The notes under the pieces are model-generated. The model was not told the origin of the DNA. It did not search any database and was given only the letters and a program-made list of their open reading frames with translations. The translations under genes were made by a program, and so were the position numbers. From Rebecca billardiae RCC1528 (Eukaryota > Protista > Haptophyta), in NCBI GenBank assembly GCA_965240325.2, contig OZ251239.1, positions 1,116,001-1,180,000 on the forward strand: a DNA stretch of 64,000 nt, read 5' to 3'. Of the stretch, positions 32,923 through 48,426 are shown piece after piece (position 1 is the stretch's first letter; each line of letters begins with the position of its first letter).

Positions 32923-33246
32923 GACGATCAACCCTTTTCATTGGCCGGTTTTCTGATGACTTGCTTCCAACGGCGTTCTGCTCGGCTGCTCCCTCTCTTG
33001 AAATATGATGATGAAAGATTTGCTCTTGATTGCATTCTAGGAGTCTAGGCGCTTATATTTCGTCAACCGTGCATGGGGTAGTGTTAAAAAATGGATTCCC
33101 CATGGTGAAAGGGGGTACTGGGGGGAATCTCGCCCGAGCAGCGTGCGTTTTTGAGACGACGGTAGTGTCATGTCGTCGTCGATTCGTCGTGTGGACAGAC
33201 GCATCTGCGCATCTCTTCAACCCCACGTCCCGGTCAGGGCCCCAAG

Positions 33247-34693
33247 ATGCTCATCGGCGCCGCGCTGCTCGTCGCCCTCTGCGCGGTGTATGTCGTGTGG
33301 AGCTACGCGGCGTGGCTCAGGGAGTTCGATCGCAACCCGCGCCGCTTCTCTCGCCACAACGTCCACTGCCCATCGCACGGAGGAGCTCTTCCGCGCCCTG
33401 CCATCGTCGCCGGCCGCCGCACCGCCTGTGACCGCGTCTGCGGCGCCGTGTGCCCGGTCTCCGGGCGCGCTGCAGCTCTCGATGTTGATCACGTGCATTT
33501 CACCCGCTTCAGAGACTTCATGTGGGCCTGCGCCGTGCTCGCGCCGTGCGGTGCTGCCGCCTTCACCTATGGCATTCTCGAGCACACTGCGCGCTCCTGG
33601 CTGCGTCGCGCCGGCCTCCTCTTTGTCCGCCACCCGCCGTGCGACGTCGCACAGCTGGCGGGTACTCTCGTGCTGGAGAGCGTCGGTCTGGCGCCGGGCT
33701 TTGTGGGACTCGAGCGCGACACTGTGAACAAGTGCTGCCTGGCCTCCTTCCGATGGAAAAATCTCCTGCTCTTCGACAACACGGGCACCATCTCTACCGG
33801 CTGCGAGCTCCGCGTCACAATCAACCTGACCACGAAGAAAATGGTGGACGCTTCAATCGATGGCTCGGCCATCAACGCATCGGAAGCGGTGATCGTACTC
33901 TCTTACCTCACAGTCGGAGCGGGTGCGCGCCGCGCGTCACGCGCACAAAGCGCGCTGCTTCGCCGCCCTCACACTCCCCCACACTGCCCCACAACCACCT
34001 GCTGCCGCGCGCGCGCGCTTGTTATTGTTGTGCACGGCCTGCGCACCACGCTGGCACGCAGTCCACACCATCGGCCACGCGTACGCCAACTTTGGCGTGG
34101 ACCCCGATGACCACAGCGATTCGTTTGCCAACGCGATGGCATGCGCCACTGTGCTCTACAACTACCTCGGCACCACGTACTTCCCCCGGATTCTCGCTGC
34201 CTTCCGCTCCTGTGGCTGGATCCGCCACAGCTGCATCCCGGAGATGCCGCCCAAGTTCATGGCGGCTGCATGCGAGGGCGGCATGTACTCGCACGGGGAC
34301 ATGTTGAAGCTGATGCCCTACTCGCGTGCCATCACGTTCATCGTCAAGGCCCGGAAGCACTTCATGGCAGAGTTTGCAAACCACGAGTTCCCGCCGCACA
34401 TCAACCCCGAGGCCTTGTTCATCGGCACGGTCCAGCACTCCATTGACCACACGCTCTTTGCTCGCAACCTCCGCGACTACCTGTGGCTGGATATCAATCA
34501 CAGCCGATTCGGCGCGATGGCCGAGCTCACCAGTATCATTCGAGCGTGCTTCGTGGAGGAACTCCCATTCGTGTGCATCGCCAAAAACTTCAAGGACGCT
34601 CCACGCGGTAGCTTCTTCCGGAACGTGTACGAACGTGTCGCCAGCGTCGACTTCGACCTGGCAAACCAGATGGAGGCGGGCATCATCCGCTGA
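33247..34693 (+). CDS. Uncharacterised protein with N-terminal anchor and His motifs; intron 33923-34061
   Basis: A GT-AG intron joins two ORFs with globular-looking composition. Motifs HTIGHAYAN and QHSIDH. Confidence 0.75.
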
Positions 34694-35029
34694 TCCGCGC
34701 GAGGCAGATAAGAACCTTGTATCGGCGCGACTAGATGCCGAGCGCAGAGGCCGAGCTCAGCGACCGCCAGGGCGAGCTGGACGCTGCGACGCTGCTCCAA
34801 CTGCTGCTCGCGTGCCATCGACCAGGTGCTCGACACGCTCGGCGCTGACACACCGGCAGGCAGGCGCTCGAGAACGTGATGTCGTGACAAAGCCGCCATT
34901 GTGGGAATCACCCAGGCCGCGCGCCGTATGCAGATGACGCCGATCGCGCGACTGCGACGGGTCATCTTCGTCCGCCGAACTTCCCGGACCGTGACGCGAT
35001 AGCGCTGCTTTGACTGAGTCTAATCGTCG

Positions 35030-35030
<1 letters not shown>

Positions 35031-35102
<72 letters not shown>

Positions 35103-35116
35103 ATATATATATATAT
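35031..35116. repeat. (CAT)n followed by (TA)n microsatellite
   Basis: Seen directly in the sequence. Confidence 0.97.
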
Positions 35117-35704
35117 GTCTAGCCGTCCTCGTGAACGCCGACGCCAACTGCTGCGGCCGAAGGTGGGCACGCCGCCTGGCATGTCGATGCCGAGGCGGCT
35201 GCGTGTGTTCCTACTCAGTGGGATTTACGTGTCCTCATGCCTTGGCGAGCGGCACTGCTGGGGACCTAACCTGAAAAACCCAATCGTGTTGGGAGGCAGG
35301 GGGTCACATGAGCCCTAAGTGCAGCGCCGCAGGACCGGGCGGTCGGACGGCGGGTGTTGTGGTCCCGCCGCCCGAGCACCAGACCAACGGGCCCTGGGTG
35401 GGCGGGTTGCCGAAAGATGTTGGTCGGTGCACGCGACGCGCCACCCGCGTGCGAGCCGCCGCCGCCGGCGACGCAGGGCCACGAGCCCGGCTGCAGCCAT
35501 CTCGCGCGCCCGCGCCTGGCGAAGCAGCCAGGGGGCGCCGGAAACAGCAGATCTCCGCGGCGACAAACCCGGACAGACTGTTTGTCCGGGAGCAGCGCTT
35601 TGAGGCGATGGTCTGGTAGAGGGCGATGTGGCTGATGAGCGGCGCTGGCGCCCGGCGTTCTTGTCGTCCTCTTAGACAATCAGTTATTGTACCAATAACC
35701 CCAC
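35117..35704 (+). mobile_element. Family B element, copy 2 (588 bp; 151-bp unique middle)
   Basis: Shared 5' ~138 bp and constant 3' 299 bp (35406-35704). Confidence 0.85.
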
Positions 35705-36710
35705 GTCTAGCCGTCCTCGTGAACGCCGACGCCAACTGCTGGCCGAAGGTGGGCACGCCGCCTGGCATGTCGATGCCGAGGCGGCTGCGTGTGTTCCTAC
35801 TCAGTGGGATTTACGTGTCCTCATGCCTTGGCGAGCGGCAGCAGATGCGGTGGGCATGCCGCTCGCCGTCGACGAGACGCGGTGCGTGAGTGATCCCGTT
35901 TCATGGTGTGTTGGGGAGCACCGCGTGGAGGAGAAATCCCATTGAGTGATGGGAAGGAAAGGGGCAAGGCACGTGTGAGTCGCGCACGCACGAGGGCCGG
36001 CCAGCGGGGGCTGGGCAGGTGGGGCAGTGCGAGTGAGATGGAACCCGAAGAGGAGAGATAGCAGGCAGCCCGCCCCGCGGGCGCGGCGCTGCGGAAGCAG
36101 GAGAAGGCTAGACGGCCTTTGCGGATGCTGTGAATGGCCCGCGGGTGCGCACGGGGCCCGGCGCGCGGTGTGCCGCCAGCGGTCCTTGTGTAGGAGCCGG
36201 CTGGCGTTGGCACCGGGGCGATCCCGAGGCAGGGCGGGAGAGATGGAGCAGCGATCCGCGTGGGGGCGCACCCACGGAGGAGGAGGCATGTGGCGAAGAG
36301 GGAACGGTGGCGATCGGGGGTGCGGAAGAGACAAAGTGCGCACGCACGCAGAGAGAGAAGAGGCGGTGGCCCGAAGCGCGAGGGGGCGCGATGCGGAGCG
36401 TTGCTTACCGCTGAGTTGCCGAAAGATGTTGGTCGGTGCACGCGACGCGCCACCCGCGTGCGAGCCGCCGCCGCCGGCGACGCAGGGCCACGAGCCCGGC
36501 TGCAGCCATCTCGCGCGCCCGCGCCTGGCGAAGCAGCCAGGGGGCGCCGGAAACAGCAGATCTCCGCGGCGACAAACCCGGACAGACTGTTTGTCCGGGA
36601 GCAGCGCTTTGAGGCGATGGTCTGGTAGAGGGCGATGTGGCTGATGAGCGGCGCTGGCGCCCGGCGTTCTTGTCGTCCTCTTAGACAATCAGTTATTGTA
36701 CCAATAACCC

Positions 36711-36713
<3 letters not shown>
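35705..36713 (+). mobile_element. Family B element, copy 3 (1009 bp; 574-bp unique middle), fused head-to-tail with copy 2
   Basis: Junction CCCCAC|GTCTAG with no intervening TA. Constant 3' 299 bp at 36415-36713, followed by (TA)n. Confidence 0.85.
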
Positions 36714-36764
<51 letters not shown>

Positions 36765-38253
36765 GTACTCTGTACTCAGAGTCTCTGTCCAGTACTGAGG
36801 TCTCTCTTCGGAGAGCGTGCGATGAAGGATGGCGCGGCAACCTGCCACCGTGAGCCTTACGCACGTTAAAACAAATAAACTGTAGTTAACTCTCATCAGC
36901 ATAACACGGTTTATCAGTCCTTTGGTATCGTCCAGGCTGCTATACATGATGACATCGTCTAGATCGGACTCACGTGAGGCGCCATGCACTGCGCACGCAG
37001 CTGAACTCCTTACTACTTAAATAATAATAATAATAATTTAATTATTATTATTATTATTATCTACGGTGCGTATGATGCTGCTAATAACTAGTCGGCTCTG
37101 ACCGACGCGACGGACGCGGACGTACGTGCGCGATGACATTACACGCGGCGTGCCTTAGGAGCAGAGTCCTGCTGGCGACAGCAGTATTACTGTTCTCACG
37201 TCCCATTATTCGGGGCGGCAGCCACGCGCAGAAGTCGTCTGTGCCGAAGAGCTGGCCGGTCGAAGGCCTTCATCTTTGAGGCGGTGAGCTCGGCCCGCAA
37301 GGGCTCGTCGGGACCGGTCGGGTCGTTGCTCACAGAATCCGCCGTGAGTGCAGTGCCATATACCGCCTAAGGAACGTAAGGTGCCGGGCGCTCGGGCACG
37401 TGCGCACCTGTGGTGCTGGCCTCAGCCCACGACTAGCCCGCCACAGCCCACGACTAGCCCGCCAGATCATCTGACGACGTCTCCCGACAGCGTCGCGCAA
37501 GCCTCCGTGATGGACGACGACTTGATGTGATGGAGCAGCCCGCCGCTCGGAGTCTCGGACTGGCGACTCGGAGCTGGTGGTTCGGGCTGCTTTAGTGAGC
37601 ACTGTCTCATTCAGTCAGTGTCGTCACTCATACTGTATCATACAGTCACAGAGTAGTCAGCCGAGAGCAGGGCTCGTCACGCCCGCTCACTCCGTAACGG
37701 TATCGTTGACCACTGCGCGCGCGCTACCTCTCTCTGCTCTCTCATCAATCTCACTCTCTCTCTCTCTCTATAGAGAGAGAGAGAGAGGTATATATATACG
37801 GCTGCTGCGCTTATTATGATGTACTAACGACGACGACGTGTCGTCACGTAGTGGCGACTGGTCTAGTCGGCTCTGGACGCAGTGGACGTGTTGAAATACA
37901 ATTTCAGTCAATTTGCCACTTGGCTATGCAGTCTGATGCCGTTACTGTAGCACTGCTTGCGCACACGATATACGCGTCTAACCTTGCTTCTGACCACGGC
38001 GCCTGCCCGGGCAACTTCGGTAGCCGCCGGCAGTCCGTCGCCCCGTCTGGACCACTTGCCACCTGGAGGAATGCACGTCGGGAACTCGGAAGGCAGTGCC
38101 GCCGGCTCACGAGCTGAGCTACTTTCATCCACTTTGCTCGAAAATGATTGGCTGTCGGTCGTGCGAGCTTAGTGCGAGGCGACAGTTGATCTTCGCCGCC
38201 CGCCCCGCGCGCGGCCTCGGACCCCCACCGGCGACGCTGCGTGGTATCCGCCG

Positions 38254-40072
38254 ATGCGGCTCGCGGTGCGCCTGGCCGCCCTTGGCTGCCTCGCGCTGTG
38301 CTCCGCCTCCTTCGACACGATTCTGCGCGTGCTGCCGGGCCACGATGACAGCGTCCCGATCCCGTCGCGGCACGACTTTGACGTGCTTGGGCTGACCGCG
38401 ACCTTCTCGCCCGCGCCGGAGACGATCAAGGAGCCGGCCGACGCGCTGCCGCTCGTGCGCGCGCGCCCGCCGACGGCGTGCGAGCCGATCCAGCCCGTGC
38501 CGTCCAACGCAGCCGTGCTCGTCGAGCGCGGCGAGTGCACCTTCGACGTGAAAGTGCTTGCCGTGCAGAATGCTGGCGGCACCATCACGGTCGTGATCAA
38601 CAACGACGATGAGCCGGTGCACATGGACATCCACGACGACGCGCCGGAGCGCCCGACGATCCCCGCGCTGATGGTCAACGCCACGGACGGCGCCCGCTTG
38701 CGCCGCCTCGTGCAGACGACCACGTCGCGCGACGGCGCGCCGCTGCCGCCACCGGGCGTTCTTCTCACGCCCCTCGAGCTGGCGGATGGCGCGGAGGAGG
38801 AGGAGACGGCGACGCTGACCGAGGGCGCGCTGATCCTGGTGACGCTGCTCGGCCTCGGCGTCGGGCTCAGCTCCGACGCCGCCGTGCGCCGCACCGAGTG
38901 GCTCCACGGCGGTCTCGGCTCGCGCGCGCTGCTCAGCGCTCTGGACCTGCTAGGACGGCTACTGCTCGCGTCCACGTTCGCCGAGGACGGGCTGCGCGTG
39001 CTGCTCAAGTGGGGCAGGCAGGTGCGCGTGGTGGCGCTCTCGGTCGGCCCGTCCGCACGCGCCCTCCTCGCCATCCGCGCCGCGCTCGCCTTCTCCGCCG
39101 CCGTGCAGCTGCCATGCGCGGCCGCACTCGTGATTGGCCGGGGCGTGGTCCCGGCGTGCGTGCTGCTGCTGCTGTGGCTGGGGCTGCAGCCGGTGCTGTA
39201 CAACCAGCTGGACAACTGGGAGCTCCTCATGTCCTCCGCGGCGGTGGGCGGCGGGCTGCTCTTCCTGCTCGCGCACCACGCGATGGGCACCGCCGGCCGC
39301 GAGGCTCGGATGGGCAAGGGCGCGCCGGCCGGTGTCGGCGCGCGCGCCCGCTCCGCTCTCGCCGTGAGCGGCCGACTTCTGCTTGTGTCCCTCAACGTCT
39401 TCCAGTCGTTCGAGCCGCTGCACGACCTGATGGCGCACCGGCACCACCACGCGGCGGGGCAGCTGTGGACGATCGGCACCGCCGTCGACGCGCTCGTCCT
39501 GCTCCTCGCCCTCACGCTCTGCGGGCGCGTCGTGCTCGGCCTGCAGTCTCGGCTCTCGGCACGCGCGCACCGCGCGCGCGATCGGCGCCGCGCCCGCCTG
39601 CGCCCAGCACGCGCACGGGCTCACAGCACACCGCCCTGCGCTCGCGGCCGGCACGCCCGTGAGCAGGCCATGCCCCTGCTTCTCACGCTGCTCGTCACCA
39701 GCGTCTTCAACTACAACTTCTGGCACCCGCATCTGCGCGCGTATACACTGCACGCATCCGGTGCGGCGCACGGCGCACACTCGCGCGCCGCGCCGTCCGG
39801 CGCTCGACCGCCGCCTGAGCACGCCGCCCGCGTTCGCGTGCGGCCCCGGCGCGCGCCCAGGCCCTGTCGAGATGCACGAGGCGGACGCGCAGCGCTTCAT
39901 GTTCTTCCAGACGCTCTCCGCGATCGGCGGGCTCGTGCTTGTCGTCGTGCACGGCTCGGGCGGCATGCCGGTGGACGGCCGGCCTCAGATCTGGTCGTCG
40001 AGCAGCGCGAGCCCGGGCGTGTCTCTGAGCCCGCGCGGCAACGTGCTGCCGCCAGACGCCAAGATCGACTGA
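38254..40072 (+). CDS. Signal peptide + PA (protease-associated) domain fused to a SURF4/Erv29-like cargo receptor; introns 39559-39666 (GC-AG) and 39761-39860
   Basis: PA motifs: ACEP, LVERGECTF..KV...QNAG...VVINN, IPA.MV...DG..L. SURF4 motifs: RLLL.STF.EDGLR...W..Q, GGGLL.LLA, GRLLL, N.W, FFQTLS.IGGL..VV..G.GG..VD. Confidence 0.82.
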
Positions 40073-40678
40073 GCGCACCGCGTGGCTTTCGGCTCCCCTG
40101 GAGGGCGCAGGGCGCGGCGCGGCTCCTCATGCCCGCGCCTCTGCCCGGCGCACGCGCCACGGGCACGACGACGCGGGTGCCCTAAGGGGGCCGCGTGGAT
40201 GACCCCGCCGCGCGATCGCGCGAGTTGGGCCGCCGCCGGCCGTGGCCCCGGGAGACCGGACGCGGGGATCCGGCCGGACCAGACGACTTGATCACTACGG
40301 CCGGACTATAGTAATTAGCCTATGCGCGGGAAGGCGGACGATCGCGACGTATCGGACCCGATCGCTGACCATCCGATCGATCGGACCGTTCAGTAAGTAC
40401 TACGGCCTGCTGAGTGACTCGCGCCAACCATCAGGGTGAACTAGATCGAATCTGAGTGCCTGATCGGTCCGCCGGAATAACGGATGACCCGCGTCGCAGT
40501 GGCGCCGCGGCCGAGTCGGAGTGGGTCATCACACGGTGACCGTCACACGCCACACGTGTTGGCCTCACTGGGTGAGCTACTGAACGACTCTGTAGTGGCG
40601 CTGAGTCATCCGATCGGCAGCCGACGACGATTACGACGCGCGCGACGATCACTCACGATGACGACGATGATGACGACG

Positions 40679-40919
<241 letters not shown>

Positions 40920-41085
40920 GATCGGCAGCATCGTCACTGATCGATCGACATGCCATCAGCCTGACGACAAATATATTGACATCGTCAGCAGTCTCACTCT
41001 CAGGCCCAGGGCGTCAGGCGGAGAGCCGTGGCTTCCGCGAGACCGAGTCACTCACCAATGGCACTGAGAGTGGCTGAGACAATCG

Positions 41086-42021
41086 TCAGCGGTGCGGCGG
41101 ATGATGATGGTAGAAGTGGTCTGCGCCCGAGCTCGGCTGCCAGTCTCCGCCAACGCTCGCATGCGCGCCACGTGGAGTGCTCACCATGAAGAGCGCGCGT
41201 GAAAACACATCGCGGTCGAGTGTGCTCGCCGACCCGAACGCATTGGCGGCGGCGCCGCCTCCGCCAACGCTGTTTGCCGCTGCGGGCCCGCGCCCCGCGC
41301 GCTCAGCTCGCTGCAGGGCGCTGGTGGCCTCTGCCGAGGCCTCTCCGCGCGTTGCGCGCCGCAGGGCGCCGGCGAGGGCGCCCTGCTGCCCCTCCGCGCC
41401 CGCGGGCGCCGCCACTTCGCCGCTGAGCGCCTGCTCGAGCACGGCCAGTGCGTACGCCTGAACAGGCACGTGCGCGCGCTCAGCCTCGTGCTGCACGTCG
41501 GCGAAGAGCAGCTCGGCCTCCTCGAAGAAGTCCTCGTAGTGCAGGCAGGCTTCGATCCCCGCGACAAACTGCGCGAACGACACCTCGTCCTGCTCACGCT
41601 TGCCCGGGCCCAGGGCTGCGAGCACCACAAAGGCCACATCGACTGGTAGATCGGCCGAGAGCAGCTGCACGAGCCGAGAGTAGGCGGCCACGGTGACGTG
41701 GGGTGGCTGGAGCGAGGAGCCGCTCAAGGTCTTGGCCGAGGGGTCGAGCGCCATGTACGCCGCCACGAGATTGTCCATGAACGCCTCCGAGCTGCGCTCG
41801 CATAATCGGATGTACCGGTGCGCGCGCATGAGCGGCGACGAGCCCTGCACAACGTGCTGGAAGTAGTCGGCGATGAACGGGATCGGGGAGGAGGGCCGAT
41901 TCTCAAGTAGGAGCGTGACGACGTCCTTCAGGTAGGCCGATACGCCCGAGCGCTCCAGGTACTCCGCGCTGTTCGCGGGCCGCGACGACGACGTCGCGGC
42001 GGAGCCAGAGCGCGGCCGCAT
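41086..42021 (-). CDS. TPGS1: Tubulin polyglutamylase complex subunit 1-like (RIIa-type docking N-terminus)
   Basis: Motif EYL...GV..YL.D....LLE.RP..PI.F.A.YF ... RA..Y.RL.......F.DN...AY..L. Confidence 0.78.
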   Translation of the reverse strand: MRPRSGSAATSSSRPANSAEYLERSGVSAYLKDVVTLLLENRPSSPIPFIADYFQHVVQGSSPLMRAHRYIRLCERSSEAFMDNLVAAYMALDPSAKTLSGSSLQPPHVTVAAYSRLVQLLSADLPVDVAFVVLAALGPGKREQDEVSFAQFVAGIEACLHYEDFFEEAELLFADVQHEAERAHVPVQAYALAVLEQALSGEVAAPAGAEGQQGALAGALRRATRGEASAEATSALQRAERAGRGPAAANSVGGGGAAANAFGSASTLDRDVFSRALFMVSTPRGAHASVGGDWQPSSGADHFYHHHPPHR

Positions 42022-42079
42022 GCTGGGAGACCAACCAACCGGCCCGCCCGGCGCCCGCAAAGCAGGAACGCACGGCACG

Positions 42080-42478
42080 ATGGCTGCGCCGGCCGACCGT
42101 GAGGTTGCACGTGAGCACCTTCGCGCTGCGGGGCATGTCGTCGAGTGGGGGCTGAAATACGGCGCAGACTTCTTGCTATACGCACGCGATCGTCGATTAC
42201 CACGCGTCGGCAAGAATTCCGGCCACTCCTCGCACGCAGTGACGCTCGTCACGGACGCGACATGGCCGTACGTGGGCGCCGGCGCTCCCATGACATGGGG
42301 CTGGCTCGTGACGCGCGTGCGGCTGAATGCCGCGGCCCAGAAGAAAGTGGCGATTGTGCACGTCCGCGGCGCGGAGGACTGCAACGCTGAGCCCGTGAGC
42401 ACGCTGTGCTTCTGCCCGTGGGACTATGCTGCTGGACATGCATCGGGGGTTCAGGCGGAGCCCCCGACCGCCGGATGA
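42080..42478 (+). CDS. tRNA-intron endonuclease catalytic domain (SEN2/SEN34-like), stand-alone, 132 aa
   Basis: Motifs GLKYGADFLLY, HS, R.....QKK give the Tyr/His/Lys triad pattern. Confidence 0.8.
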   Translation: MAAPADREVAREHLRAAGHVVEWGLKYGADFLLYARDRRLPRVGKNSGHSSHAVTLVTDATWPYVGAGAPMTWGWLVTRVRLNAAAQKKVAIVHVRGAEDCNAEPVSTLCFCPWDYAAGHASGVQAEPPTAG

Positions 42479-43098
42479 GCGGACTCGCAGCCTCTGCGCC
42501 CTCTGCCTTCGGATGGAGGCCCGCGACCTTGTTTACCGATGACACCGGTCCGAGATGACCGGCGGTACTGCTCGTACCCAGATGACGAGCGATACTAAGT
42601 AGTAAGTATGCAACTACTACACTTCTGCTGTTGTCGTCCGTCAGTGTCGGGGCTGTGTCGGCCGAGGGCGTCCGGCCCGTCTTCGGATGATATGATTGAT
42701 GACGCTGCGCTCCTGACTCACCTGAGTGTCAGTCGTAACACAGTTAATTGGTAGTGGACATCATGCAGCAAGGAGATCATATCGATCGCGGCCATCCGGG
42801 ACGGGATGAGCGCCGCTCATCAATTAGCACGCGGCATGCGCTGCGGAACGATTGCTGCGTTGCTGCGCGGCCGGCCTGCGCGCAACTGGTGGAATGCATG
42901 TGGAGTCTGGCGTGGTGACGGGCGCGTGCACGCCACAAAACAGCTGTGCCAGACGCTCACTCGCCCGGAGGCGACGACGAGCACCTCCTTCTGGCCAGCA
43001 GGCCACACTGCGCACGATGCCGGGTGCACCGTCGTGCGCCGGCCACGCACGCTCCACCACCTGGTCCTGTGATGCCGGCTGACTAGTATGCTGAGGAA

Positions 43099-48131
<5,033 letters not shown>

Positions 48132-48426
48132 TGATATCGCTGAGCTACTAGCTAGCAGCTAGGACATGATCGATTCGTCAAGTGATGATCGATGATATAT
48201 ATATGCTGATATATAGATGAATTAGCAGCGCACCGGGCCACTGCTAGCAGCGCAGCGCGCTAATGTAAATGCTGACGGACGCAGTGCGTCGACGATCGTA
48301 TGGCGTCAGGCGTGACTCACTCAGTGACTGGCCGCCGCGCGGCGATATTGTACGCGTAATTACTATATATATATATATATATATATAATTATTATGATGA
48401 GCCTTCATCGCCCGTGCGTAGTTTAT

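Noticed and set aside
32932-33115. Possible piggyBac-type MITE (CCCTTTTCA...TGAAAGGGGG); also a lone TTAACCCTTT at ~21047
   Set aside because: The inverted match is short and imperfect and there is no TTAA pair, so support is insufficient.
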